DNA from: Eledone cirrhosa
Taxonomy: Eukaryota
NCBI GenBank assembly: GCA_964016885.1
Contig: OZ024760.1
Location: forward strand, 1,860,001-1,924,000
Direction: 5' to 3'
DNA: 64,000 nucleotides
Positions 40,211 to 53,929 of this stretch are shown here, in pieces (position 1 is the stretch's first letter; each line of letters begins with the position of its first letter). The notes beneath the pieces were generated by a model, which saw nothing but the letters and a program-made list of their open reading frames with translations, searched no databases and was not told the DNA's origin. A program made the translations under genes and the position numbers.

Positions 40211-42238
40211 TATATATATATATATAATTAATTTGAGCATTAGTTTGTTAATTACCGACACTTCAGAATGCAGAGTAGAGCACTCAACAAGTTCTGTATG
40301 AGCGAGACACAGTCACCTGACCAACCTTGCCTCAAGTGGGACAAACCCATCCAACCCATGCTAGGGTGAAAGATGGAAGTTAAACGATGATGATGATGAT
40401 ATATTAATAAAGTAAATAAATAAAAATATCGAAAGGAGGAGAATGTTTGACCACCCAGCTAGCAATTGTTTCTAATTTGTTTTAAATACCCAGAGAGAGA
40501 GAGAGTGACAAATTGATAGAGATAGAGAGTGAATGTGAGAGAAAGAGAGAGAGAGAGAGAGGGTGACTGTACAGTTGTTCCTTATTATTATCTTGACACA
40601 TTAAAACTATTGAAAATAAAAATGCATCAGGGGTAGGGGAGGGGTTTGGGTGGCGTGGTGTGGAGGTGTGTGGTGGTGTGGTGTAGTGGTGGTGTGGTGG
40701 TATGTTGATGTGGTGGTGCGGTGGTGGTGTGTGGTATGGTGGTGTAGTGATGTGGTGTAGTGATATGGTGGTGTAATGGTGTGGTGTAGTGGTATGGTGC
40801 TGTAGTGATGTGGTGGTTTGGGGTAATGGTGTGGGCATGTGTGGTGTGGTGGTGTAGCGTGGCGTCGTGGCGTGGCGGCGTGTGGTGTGGGGGTGTGGAG
40901 GTGGTATGGTAGCATGGCATGGTGGTGTAGTGTGGCATAATGGTGTGGTGTGGTGTGGCGTAATGGTGTGGTGTGGTGTGGTGTGGCGTGGCGTAATGGT
41001 GTGGCCATGTGTGATGTGTGGTGTGGTGGTGTAGTGTGGTGTGGTGGTGTAGCATGGCGTGGTGGCGTGTGGTGTGGAGGTGTGTGGGGTGGTGTGTGGT
41101 ATGGTGGTGTAGCCCAGTGTGGTTGGTTATCATGTATATACCTGTACATACAGATAGATGATTGATGATACAGTGGTTGTACAATGAGGAGGAGGAGGAG
41201 GGGGTGGGGAGTAGGAGGAGGGTGGGGCGTGGGAGGAGGAAGGGACGTGGGAAGGGGGAGGGGGTATAAAGATAATCTATTTAATAACTGTGAAACAAAA
41301 AATTCCTACAGAAGACAAGGGAAAGCTAAAATGTCTAGCACACACACATATACACACATATACAGATACACACACACACACATACACATACTAGCTCTAG
41401 CATACACACACACATACATACTTGCTCACATACACACACATAATTGCTCACACATTCACAAAGCAAACACACACACACACAAACATACTTGCTCACACTC
41501 ATAATTGCTCACACATTCAGACACACACATACTTGCTCACACATTCACAAAACACACACACATACAAATGTGCCCACATTTACTCACACATATACAAAGC
41601 TCAGACACACACACATATATATATATATATATAATATATTATAAAGTGAAATGACAGGAGGTCAAAAAAGCTGAATTTTCTTAATTATTTATTTCTATAA
41701 ACACTATGCACATTTCAGTAGCCAGGTTGCATAAGAACCTGGTGACATCTTCAGGTGTAAATTGCATAATAGATGTATACCAACAGAAAGCAAAGAAAAA
41801 ACAGAGAAGAAAAAAGTGTGTGCTTGTGTTTTTGACTCAAAAACAAATGAACCAGACACACACAGATAGAACAAACAACCAGCTAGTGAGAAGTAAATAA
41901 ATACATAAATAAGTAAAATAAAAATGCACACCCGAATATAACACATGCACAACACATCTACACAGCACACAGCTTACAAAAACAAGATTGTGTAGGACAG
42001 AACAAAGGAGTCACACAAAATAACAAATTAGTCACTGAGGATGTCACAGAATGTGTGACAAAAGAGCTTTGACAATAAATAAACAACCAAAAACTGGAAA
42101 TTTGTAATGAATTGAAGTGTAATCCAACAGGTGCGTGTGTTTTCATTGGCAGCATGACCCTCCCAAAGTATAACAATATCTGTTTCAACACAAGTTTTCA
42201 GATAAGAAATCTTGCAAAAGAAATACAAAAACGAAGTA

Positions 42239-42292
<54 letters not shown>

Positions 42293-42295
<3 letters not shown>

Positions 42296-43012
42296 CAATA
42301 TATTTAGAAACACACAGATACATGCGGACACACACATATACATGAATGCATCCGCACCCAACCGTGAGTTAAGGGTGCCAACTTCACCGATGTTGCTCAA
42401 TGAATGACTGGGACAGACCAATCCGGTTGAACCAGACTGAACCAGTATCAGAGTTAAAAATACATTATGAAGAGAGAAGAAACATTTAGATATAATTAGT
42501 AATAAAATGTATCATACCTAAACTGCTCCTAGATTCCTCGACTACGTAGTTTCGTGGCATAAACAAAAACAATACATCACAAAGATATAGAGTCCTTGCG
42601 AGGTCTGCCGACTTATCAAGAGGATACCTCATTTTACTAGTCTCAAGAACGCGTCTACACGACGTGAGAAAGAATCCCAAAAGGCGGAGGGGGAGATAGT
42701 CACGCGATATAACGGTCGAGAAACAGAGCTAAGCCTCTTATAACCCCGAAGAAAATACCACGGAGGCGGAGGGGGTATTCATATCGAAGCCGTAGAAGAG
42801 GTGGTGAAGGAGGCGAGAAGTATGAGTAATGAAAGCCTTCCAGCAATCCCCACACTTCAAAGATTGCTCGACCAGAGGGAGTTATTAACAATATATTTAG
42901 AAACACACAGATACATGCGGACACACACATATACATGAATGCATCCGCACCCAACATTTGATACATTTTATTACTAATTATATCTAAATGTTTCTTCTCT
43001 CTTCATAATGTA
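42293..43012 (-). mobile_element. Penelope-like remnant with direct and inverted terminal duplications and a decayed hammerhead
   Basis: 42293-42362 is repeated at 42886-42955; 42460-42515 is inverted at 42959-43013; hammerhead-like fold at 42535-42624. Confidence 0.6.
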
Positions 43013-43175
43013 TATATATATACTTTTTGAAATATATACTATTTGAAATATCCGAGACCCCCAGTAGACAACTGATGAGGAAACTGGTGATTTACGGCAT
43101 GGGAACTTTATATTTCAAGGGTGGTGCCCCAGCATGGCCCCAGCCGGATGGCTGGAACAGGTAAAAGAGTAAAGA

Positions 43176-43208
<33 letters not shown>

Positions 43209-43211
<3 letters not shown>

Positions 43212-43915
43212 TCATCATCATCATCATCACCGTTTTACGTCCGTTCTTCCACGCTAGCATGGGTTAGACGGGTTGTCCTGTTGTGGGCAGTGTCTGGTCG
43301 GCTGACCTTGCCTTGCTCATACAGGAACTGATCTGGCTTGATTTCTACAGCTGGATGCCCTTCCTAACACCAACCTCATTTACAGTGAGTGCTGGGTGCT
43401 TTTTCGTGGTGCCTACACGTCCACTTTACAGTGTGGGCTGGGTGCTTTTTTGCCATGGCACCTCCACGACCACCTTGCGGTGGGGGGTGTGGGGGCATAT
43501 TGTTTATATGCTTCAGCATGTACCCATGGGACGTCGGGTACTCTGTATTACTGCGTGACGCCAGAAGTCACGGTCGTGTGTCATTGTCTTTGAGAGGTGT
43601 AATTGGGTAAGGTCGGCTTTTATCACCTCATCCCAGGTCATCTTGGGTCTCCCCACTCCGCGGTTTCCATCAACTTCTAGTGTTCTGCACCTTTTTATGC
43701 AGCTGTCATCCTTCATACGCATCACATGTCCATACCAGCGCAACTGCCTCTCCTGCACACAGCATTTGATTCCTCTTATGCTCAGTCTCTCTCTCAATTC
43801 ATTTATGCTTTGTCGTTCACGTATATTACTGTTACACATCCATCGGAGCATGCAGGCTTCGTTTCTCTCTAATCTACGTAAGTCTTCCACCTTCAGCGCC
43901 CAGGTCTCACTACCA
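43209..43915 (-). mobile_element. Second LINE A copy, heavily 5'-truncated, with complete 3' UTR and (GAT)n tail
   Basis: 43428-43915 is nearly identical to 1-488. Confidence 0.95.
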
Positions 43916-44274
43916 TATATATATAGTGAAAAATGAAACGGGAACAAAACAGAGAGGCAGTACGAACAAAGGTTTATTAGTTTCACGCTCTTGAGAGTGG
44001 GTGGGGGGGACGTTTCAGGCATAAGCCCTTCTTCAGGCGAAAATATATATATATATATATATTTAGAGCTGGTGATTCTGATGATGATGGTGACAATGGT
44101 GGTGGTGGTGATGACACTGATGGTGATTTCTGATGGTGGTGGTGTTGGTGATAATGATTGTAATAATGATGGTGATGATGATGATGGTGCTGTTGGTGAT
44201 GGTAATGATGAAGATGGTGGCAGTGCTGATGATAATGATGGTGTTGTTGGTATTGATAATGATGATTCTGATTC

Positions 44275-44306
<32 letters not shown>

Positions 44307-44884
44307 TTGATTGTGATGATGTGGTTGTAATGATGATGATGATAAATTTACATGCAACTCTCATTGTTGCCCCCAAATCCCCCCCTCCACACACCTTCCC
44401 CCTTTTATATAATATTATTTTATTCTTAGTTTTTTTCATTTTTTATGTTTTTTTCATTTTATTCTTTTCTTGCTTGATTTTGTTGTTGTTGGTATTTTAA
44501 TCATTTAAGAATACATTCCGTGCCACCCCACAGCAAACCCACCACTCCACACCACAGTGCCATACCAAACCCAACACACCACACCACACCACACCACACC
44601 ACACCACACTACACTACACCATCATAGCTTTTTATGTTGTATGCAAGGTGGACTTATCCGTACACACTTCACCCTGTTCTCTAATACCCCTCCTCTCTAT
44701 CTATCTCATGTTTGGAACTATGAGAAGAAAGATAGATAGAGAGAGGGGGAAAGAGGGATAGGGGGAGAAGGGGGGGGGAGAAGAGTGAGAAAGAAAGACA
44801 GAGATAGAGAGAAGAGAGAGAGAAAAGAGAGTGATAAGAGAGAGAGAAGCGAGAGAGAGAAGCGAGAGAGAAGCGAGAGAGAGA

Positions 44885-44950
<66 letters not shown>

Positions 44951-45324
44951 AGAAAGAGAGAGAAAGAGAGAGAAAAGGAAGAGAGAGAGAGAGAGAAAGA
45001 AGAGAGAGAAAAGAGAGAGAAAAGGAAGAGAGACAAAAGAGAGAGAAAAGAGAGAGAAGAAAGAGAGAGAAGAAAGAGAGAGAAAAGAAAGAGAGAGATG
45101 AGAGAGAGAAGCGAGAGAGAGAGAAGAAAGCGAGAAAAGAGAGAGAGAAGAAAGAGAGAGAAAAGAAAGACAGGAAGAAGAATGAGAGAGAAAACAAGAG
45201 AAAGAAAAGAGAGAAGAGTGAAAGGGAGTGAGAAAGAGAGAAGAGAAAGAAAGAAGACAGAAAGAAAAGAGGAAGAGAGAAAAGAAAGAGATTGAGAGAG
45301 AGAGAGAGTGGAGAAATAATAAGA

Positions 45325-45997
45325 AAAATATAAAATATATATAAAATATAAAATATATATAAAATATATATAAAATATAAAATACATATAAAATATAAAA
45401 TATAAAATATAAAATATATATAAAATATATATAAAATATAAAATACATATAAAATATAAAATATATATAAAATATAAATATATATAAAATATAAAATATA
45501 TATAAAATATAAATATATATAAAATATAAAATATATATAAAATATAAAATATATATAAAATATAAATATATATAAAATATAAATATTTATTAAATATAAA
45601 ATATATAAAAAATATAAAATATAAAATATATATAAAATATAAAATATAAAATATATATAAAATATAAAATATATATAAAATATAAATATATATAAAATAT
45701 AAAATATATATAAAATATAAAATATATATAAAATATAAAATATAAAATATAAAATATATATAAAATATAAAATATAAAATATATATAAAATATAAATATA
45801 TATAAAATATAAATATATATTAAATATAAAATATATATAAAATATAAAATATAAAATATAAAATATAAAATATATATAAAGTATAAAATATATATAAAAT
45901 ATAAAATATATATAAAATATAAAATATAAATATATATAAAATATAATTATATATAAAATATAAAATATATATAAAATATAAAATATATATAAAATAT
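45325..45997. repeat. Almost pure A/T satellite of ATAAA/ATATATAAA units
   Basis: About 670 bp with only a few non-A/T bases. Confidence 0.97.
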
Positions 45998-46148
45998 TGA
46001 AAAAAAACCTGCTGCACAAACAACAACAAGAACAACAGCCATAATTTTGTATTCAGTTTTGTTTTTTAGAGTGAAATCTAATCTGATTGTCTGCTGAATA
46101 GAAATAGAGAAACCACTGGACATTGGAGACAACAACAACAAGGCACCA

Positions 46149-46745
46149 AATAATAATAATAATTGTTTCTACTTTTGGCACAAGGCCAGCAATTAACCAG
46201 TACATTACTGGTACTTCATTTTATCGACCCCGTAAGGATGAAAGGCAAAGTTAACCTCGGCGGGATTTGAACTCAGATCATAAAGGGCCATAACTCTATG
46301 CTGCAAAGCATGGCGTCCGACCCTCTACCGATACTGCCAATCAACTGCCCTCTAAATAATAATAATAATAATGGTTTTTTATATATGCACAAGGCCAGCA
46401 ATTTTGGAGGACGGGAAAGTTGATTAAATCTACACCAGTACATTACTGGTACTTCATTTTATCGACCCTATAAGGATGAAAGGCAAAGTTAACCTCGGCG
46501 GGATTTTAACTCAGATCGTAAAGGGCCATAACTCTATGCTGCAAAGCATGGCATCTGACCCTCTACCTATACTGGTTTCTGATTTAGGCACAAGGCCAGC
46601 AATTTTGGGGGGAGGCAAAATCGATTAAATCTACCCCAGTACATTACTGGTACTTTATTTTATCGACCCCGTAAGGATGAAAGGCAAAGTCAACCTTGGC
46701 GGGATTTGAACTCAGAATGTAAAAAGATGTAACTAAAATGCCCAA
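46149..46745 (-). mobile_element. Three head-to-tail SINE family 2 copies
   Basis: Three GGCACAAGGCCAGCAATT...GGATGAAAGGCAAAGT...AACTCAGA blocks. Confidence 0.88.
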
Positions 46746-46805
46746 ATAAAGCCATTTACAGAGGCAAATGGCTTTTCTTCTTCTTCTTCTTCTTTTTCTT
46801 CTTCT

Positions 46806-46840
<35 letters not shown>

Positions 46841-47984
46841 TTCCTCTTCCAATTCTTCTTATCTCTCTTCTTCCACTTATTTTCCTTCTTCCTCCCTTTC
46901 TTCTTCTACTTCTCCTCCTCCCCTTCTTTTCTTCTTCTTCGCCCTCTTCTTCTTTGCTTTTTTCTTCCTCCTTTTCTCCTTCCTCTTCTATCTCATCCAT
47001 AAAACATAACTGCTCCCCCCGCCCCTGCTCTATGTCTAAATAGTGTGGTGAGTACCCAGGGATATTAAAGTTAGAGACAAGGCGGAGGGGGGGGGGGTGT
47101 TATAAATAATTCATCTGTGGACAGAATCATGTCTGTGGGGGTGGCAGGTGGTGGTGGTAGTGGTGGTGGTGGTGGTGTATGGTGGCGGTGGTGATGTTGG
47201 TGGTGATGGTGGTAATGTTGATAGTGGTGGTGCTGGTGGTGGTTAGTGGTGGTGGTAGTGGTGGTGATGGTGGTGTTGGTGGTATTGATGGTGGTGGTGG
47301 TGGTGTGTTGATGGTGGTGTTGATGGTGATGGTGGTGGTAGTGTGTTGATGGTGATGGTGGTGGTGTTGATGGTGGTGGTGTTGATGGTGGTGGTTGTGT
47401 GTTGGTGGTGGTGGTGGTGATGGCGGTGAGGTTAGTGGTGGTGTGTTGATGGTGTGATGGTGGTGGTGGTGGTATTGATAGTGGTAATAAGTAGTGGAGT
47501 TGATGGTGATATTTGTGGTAGTGGTGTTGTTCGTAGTGGTGTTGGTGGAGTTGGAAGTGGTATAGGTAGTGATTATAGTGATGGTGGTAGTGGTGTGGTT
47601 TGTGGTGGTGTGTTGATGGTGTGATGGTGGTGGTGGTGGTGGTGTGGTTTGTGGTATGAGTGACGTTCAATGTCTTTTATATGTAAGTGTTTGTATAAAT
47701 AAATAAATAAATAAATATATATAGGAAATGCCAGTTGAAGGAAGACGTGGTAGAGGTAGACCACGAAAAACATGGGCGGAGGTGGTGAGAGCAATCCACC
47801 GCCCCTTTACTTTGAATAAATAATGAATGAATATTACATAATGTATCTACTAAATTTCGTTATTATTGATTAAATATAAATAATTTTGTCGCTTATATTA
47901 AGATTCACTTCTTTAAAATTTTCAAATAATAAAAAAAAATAATAATAATAAAAATAAAAAAAAATAATATATATATATATATAC

Positions 47985-48375
47985 CACTGCGTGATTCTGA
48001 ATGCTGGCATAGAACAAAATACATGTTGACGAAGTGACACCCTTGTTCGATCATTATACCAAAAGCTTATTATTTTAAGCAGGCAGTATAACTGATTTAG
48101 GTGTCACAGAAACCCTGTACTGGATTATACCATCTTTTCCAAGGGTTCGAGTAAATATTCAATTATTTTGTTTGACCTGTTTGGCTTGCCTCGTTTTTTT
48201 TGGCTTAGGTGGTTGATAGCTTCTTAACCGCTATCTCAGTTTGTTTGGCCTTTATAACCTATGTTTATTGCTCTGGTCTTTATTTGGTCCATGGAGCGCT
48301 TGCCAGCATAACTTGGATATTGCGTTTCGTTCTGCTTTCGACCACAGCCGAAATACGAAACTCGCTAAAATTATA

Positions 48376-48376
<1 letters not shown>
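47985..48376 (+). mobile_element. (TA)n-flanked insertion with decayed hammerhead motif
   Basis: TTGACGA (48026) A-GTGACACC...GGTGTCAC-A GAAAC-CCT...AGG-GTT (48147); stem I is weak. Confidence 0.45.
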
Positions 48377-48443
<67 letters not shown>

Positions 48444-48445
48444 CA

Positions 48446-49262
48446 CAGGGTGTCCATAAAGTCTCTTTACAATTTAAAAAATATATTACAAAGACAATTG
48501 ATGAGATATCTTAATCAGATTTGTTCTATGTCTCAGTAGTCATCAAAGTTTTTAATCACATTCATTTGTGTATTTCAGGTATCCTGTTGATGAAAGAGGT
48601 ACTGTTAAATGAACCCCCTACTCCTCAAAAAAAGGGTACAATGCGTGTCATGGTTTATTGAAACAGAATTGGATAAGCATGTGTGGGATTATGTGTAATC
48701 GAATCATTGGTCCAGTTTTTTTCAACAAGACATCAATTACCTCAAATGTTTACCTCAATCTTTTGACTGAATATGTGGCACCACAACTGGATGACCTTCA
48801 ACCAACCATCATTTTCCACAAGATGCTGCACCATCACATTGGGGACTGCATGTTTGTGGGTTCCTAAATCAAACATTTCCAGACCGGAGGATTAAAAGGG
48901 ATGGCCCAATTCCCTAGCCACCTAGTTCAACAAATATCACTCTTCTGGACTTCTTTCTATGGGGTTATGTTAAAGATATTGTGTATTGAACAAAGATATG
49001 AGACACCACTGATCTCAAGCAAAAGATCACTGATGCTATTGCCACCAATGATGAGGCTATGCTACAGCAAACATGGCAAGAAATATAGTACCGTCTTGAT
49101 GTGCTTCGTACAACTAATGGTGCCCATATAGAGGTGTATTAAATTAGGTGAAACAAACTTCAATATCTACTCCTCATTTTGTAACAATTTCCACATATTT
49201 GTCTGTTCAGTTGCTTTTATAATAAATCTTTTAAATTGTAAAGAGACTTTATGGACACCCTG
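48446..49262 (+). mobile_element. Internally deleted Tc1/mariner transposon, DD41D (rosa-type), transposase pseudogene
   Basis: TIR CAGGGTGTCCATAAAGTCTCTTTACAATTTAAAA at both ends; remnants CGIMCNRIIGPVFF...YLNLL, GPIP*PPSS..ITLLDFFLWGYVKDIVY, NGAHIE; 41 residues between the 2nd and 3rd Asp after repairing a frameshift. Confidence 0.88.
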
Positions 49263-49293
<31 letters not shown>

Positions 49294-49299
49294 TTGTGT

Positions 49300-49490
49300 G
49301 TCCTGGGTTCAATCGGGGGTAACCACAGTAAGTAAGGTACTCAATAAATAGCAGAGTATATATATTTAATATATAAATGGCTTCTATAGGACTAGAACTG
49401 TTTCATTCGAAGGAAATCATCAGGACTTTCCTGATGATTTCCTTCAAATGAAACAGTTCTATTCCTGTAGAAGCCATTTCTATATTAAAT
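49300..49490 (-). mobile_element. Fold-back hammerhead element, same family as 2370-2594
   Basis: 49376-49425 is inverted at 49429-49478; plus arm CTGATGA (49431)...GAAACAG-ttctattc-CTGTA. Confidence 0.65.
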
Positions 49491-49492
49491 AT

Positions 49493-49533
<41 letters not shown>

Positions 49534-49560
49534 GAAACAAACTAACAAAGAACAAAACCA

Positions 49561-49596
<36 letters not shown>

Positions 49597-50001
49597 TGGT
49601 TTTGTTCTTTGTTAGTTTGTTTCTTTTTTATTTGTTTATCTATTCATTGTTTTCTTATTAAATGGAAAGAATTGGCCAAGGATACAGTCAGAACTCATTA
49701 AACTAATTAGATTGATATGAGGAATTGAAAAAAAAAAAAGGAGCTTGGCTTCATGGCGACAATGACTTACTGAAAGGAAGCAGTAAAAGTGGGTTTGTGT
49801 GTGTATGTGTGCATGTGTATATATATGTATGTGTGTGTATATATATATATATATACACATACATAGATATGTATGTGTGTATATATATATACACATACAT
49901 AGATGTTGATAGATCTGGAGATGCATATGTGCGTGTGTGAGAGAGAGAGAGAGATGTATGTGTGAGTGCATGTATGTGTCTATATCATCATCATCATCAC
50001 A

Positions 50002-50033
<32 letters not shown>

Positions 50034-50081
50034 CACACACATATATGTGTTGATAGATCTGGAGGTGCATATATATGTGCG

Positions 50082-50112
<31 letters not shown>

Positions 50113-50311
50113 AGAGAGAGAGAGATAGAGAGAGAGATGTATGTGTCTTACAGTCTGCCAGAAAATATCCCTATAAAGAAGAGATAATACAATTTAGAAG
50201 GAAAAGAATGGAACCGAACGAACAAAATAAACTGGAAGAGAAAGAGACTTTGTCCAAGACACACCATTATTCCAAGCTATGTCTCTCAGACTGTAATATG
50301 TATTGTTATTA

Positions 50312-51105
50312 TGGTGGATTGGCAGTGTCAGTAGAGGGTCGGACGCCATGCTTTGATGCATAGAGTTACGACCCTTGCCATTCTGAGTTCAAATCCCGCT
50401 GAAGTTAACTTTGCCTTTCATCCTTACGGGGTCGATGAAATAAAGTACCAGTAATGCACTGGGTAATTGCTGGCCTTGTGCCTAAAGTAGAAACAGTTAT
50501 TATGGTGGATTGGCAGTAGTGGTAGAGTCGGATGCCATGCTTTGCAGCAAAGAGTTATGGCCCTTTGTGGTCTGAGTTCAAATTCCGCTGAGGTTAACTT
50601 TGCCTTTAATCCTTACGGGGTCGATAAAATAAAGTACCAGTAATGCATTAGGGGTTTCAATTTAATCGACTTTCCCCTCTCCCAAAATTGTTGGCCTTGT
50701 GCCTATATAAGAAACCATTATTTGGCAGGAGGATTGGCAGTATCGGTAGAGGGTTGGACGCCATGCTTTGACGCATAGAGTTACGGCCCTTGCCATTCTG
50801 AGTTCAAATCACGCTGAGGTTAACTTTGCCTTTCATCCTTTCGGGGTCGATAAAATAAAGTACCAGTAATACACTGGGTAATTGCTGGCCTTGTGCCAAA
50901 TGTAGAAACAATTATTTGGCAGTATCGGTAGAGGGTTGAACACCATGCTTTCCAACATAGAGTTATGGCCTTTTACGTTATGAGTTAAAATCCTGCCGAG
51001 GTTAACTGTGCCTTTCGTCCTTACGGTGTCGATAAAATAAAGTACCAGTAATACACTGAAATAATTGCTGGCCTTGTGCCAAAAGTAGAAACAATTATTA
51101 TTATT
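50312..51105 (+). mobile_element. Four head-to-tail SINE family 2 copies
   Basis: Starts at ~50312, 50503, 50727 and 50917, separated only by short ATT tails. Confidence 0.9.
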
Positions 51106-51608
51106 TTCTTAGTCTCTTTTATAAATTCTATTTTACACAAAGAAAAACCCACACTGTATCGTCCTGTACTGTCTTTAATGTTTCCTTAATGTGAACCCTG
51201 TGTGGCTAATAAAGAAATCCTTATTATTGGATTGGCAGTATTGGTAGAGCGTCGGACACCATGCTTTGCAGCATAGAGTTATGGCCCCTTACAATTTGAA
51301 CAAAGCTCCATTAACTTAACAGTAGTAGTAGTGGTGGTTGTGGTGGTAGTGGTAGTAGTTGTAGTAGTGGTGGTAGTGGTAGTGGTGGTAGTGGTAGTAG
51401 TTGTAGTAGTGGTAGTAGTAGTAGTAGTAATAGTAGTAGTAGTAGCAGCAGCAGTAGTAGTAGTAGCAGTAGTAGTAGTAGCAGCAGTAGTAGTAGTAGT
51501 AGTAGCAGCAGCAGCAGTAGAATGCTTATTAGGTGAGACATTCCAATTTCTCCAAGAAACCAAGGAACTCTTCAGCCAAAAAAATAACAAAACACACAAA
51601 AAAACAAC

Positions 51609-51648
<40 letters not shown>

Positions 51649-53929
51649 AATAATAATAATAATAATAACAATAATAATATTATCACCAATAATTAAATAA
51701 AAACACAAAATTCTTTGCCAAATGGAAAGTCCAGGTTAGAGTTAGAGGTAGGGCTAGGGTTAGGACAGGGAGTTTGGTTTGGGGTGGGGTTTGGTAGGGG
51801 CTAAGGGGTTCTGGCGGGGTAAGGGGGGGGAGGGGGGGGGGACTGTGAGCTAAAGGATAACTCCCTTGCCTAATCAAAAAATCATGCTTTACAAGAAACC
51901 AAATACTGGACCTGAGATTGATTCAGTGTTTTTACCAGAGGGAAAAGATAGAGTTAATGATGTGAAGACAAGTGTGTGGTGGTGGTGGTGGTGGTAGTGG
52001 TGGTGGTGGTGGTTGTGGTGGTGGTGGTGGTGGTGGTGGTGGTGGTGGTAGTGGTGGTGGTGGTGGTGGTGGTTGTGGTTGTGGTGGTGGTGGTGGTGGT
52101 AGTTGTGGTGGTGGTGGTGGTGGTAGTGGTGGTAGTAGTGGTGGTGGTGGTAGTAGTGGTGGTGGTGGTAGTGGTGGTGGTGGTGGTGGTGGTGGTGGTG
52201 ATAGTAGTGGGTGTGGCGGTGGTGGTGGTGGTTGTGGTGGTTGTGGTGGTTGTGGTGGTAGTAGTAGTTGTGGTGGTGATGGTTGTGGTATAGTGGTAGT
52301 AGTGGTGGTGGTAGTAGTGGTTGTGGTGGTAGTGGTAGTGGTGGTGGTGGAGGTGGTAGTGGTGGGGATAGTGGTGGAGGTAGTGGTGGTAGTGGTGGTG
52401 GTAGTAGTGGTGGTGGTTGTAGTAGTAGTGATGGTGATAGTGGTGGTGGTGGTGGTGGTGGTGGTGGTAGTGGTGGGGATAGTGGTGGAGGTAGTGGTGG
52501 TAGTGGTGGTGGTAGTAGTGGTGGTGGTTGTAGTAGTAGTGATGGTGATAGTGGTGGTGGTGGTGGTGGTGGTCATGCTGGAATAATAGTAATAATTGTT
52601 TCTACTTTAGGCACAAGGCCAGCAATTACCCAGTGTAATGCTAGTTGTAGTAGTAGTAGTAGTAGTAGTCATAGCAGCAGCAGTAGTAAATGTGTAGTAC
52701 TGGTGGTGGTGGTAGTAGTAGTATTGGTGGTAGTTTTAGTGGTAGTGTTAAAGATTAGATGTCATCGTTTTGGCTCATCACCCAACACTTAGTGTACCGC
52801 CACCACCACCACCACCACCACCATCATCACCACCACCATCATCACCATCACCACCACCATCACCACCACCACCACCACCACCACCACCATCATCACCACC
52901 ACCATCATCACCATCACCACCACCACCACCACCACCATCATCATCATCACCACCACCACCAACACCACCACCACCACCACCACCACCACCACCACCACCA
53001 TCATCACCACCACCACCACCACCACCACCACCACCACCACCACCATCATCACCACCACCACCACCACCATCACCACCACTACCACCGCCACCACCACCAC
53101 CACATCCACCACCACCACCACCACCACCACCACCACCACTACCACCCTCATCATCATCACCAACACCACCAACACCAACCTCTTCCTGACTGTGTTTCTT
53201 TCTACTTCCTCTCCTCTTCTTTTTCTCATTCTCTCTCATTCACTCTCTCTCTCTCTCTCTCTGTCACTCACTTACACTCCCTCTCTTTCTCTCTCTCTCT
53301 GGCTATTTTTTAACCATTTCATACTTGCATAATTCAATGGTATTGGTAGGATGGTGGATTGGCAGATGCTATGCTTTGCAGCATAGAGTTATGGCCCTTT
53401 ACGGTATGAGTTCAAATCCCACTGAGGTTAACTTTGCCTTTCATCCTTACGGGTGTCGATAAAATAAAGTACCAGTAATACACTGGGGTAATTGCTGGCC
53501 TTGTGCCTAAAGAAGAAACAACAGTATCGGTAGAGTCAGGCAGCATACTTTGCAGCAAAGAATTATGGCCCTTTATGTTCTGATTTCAAATCCCTTTATT
53601 TTATCGACCCTGAAAGGCAAAGCTAACAAGAGATGGACAGTTTCTCTTTGTCAGCTGTTTACTACGGGTCATGGGTAAAAAATAAAGTAAAGATACCTAT
53701 AGAAGGGGGAACACAGGACAATGACGTGTGTGAGTAACTGAAGAGAAAATAGATCAAGTGAAAAAAGGCCGTTGGGTTTAAGCTCAGGGGCCATAATAAG
53801 AGAGAAGATAGGTAAATCAGCAAATCGAGCGAGATAGGTAGAGAGGATGGAGTGGAGGTCACAGCAGTAAATACAAAAATATGGATTGAGGAAGGCAAGG
53901 CTGTGTGGTTACTGATAACAAATGTTGGA

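Noticed and set aside
43072-43090. CTGATGAGGAAAC as a hammerhead core
   Set aside because: No stem II between the boxes and no flanking stems; CTGATGA at 33670 also lacks a GAAA partner.
43513-44439. 308-aa ORF ending in an RT-like C-terminus
   Set aside because: Chance read-through of microsatellite, a Penelope-like end and the truncated LINE A copy.
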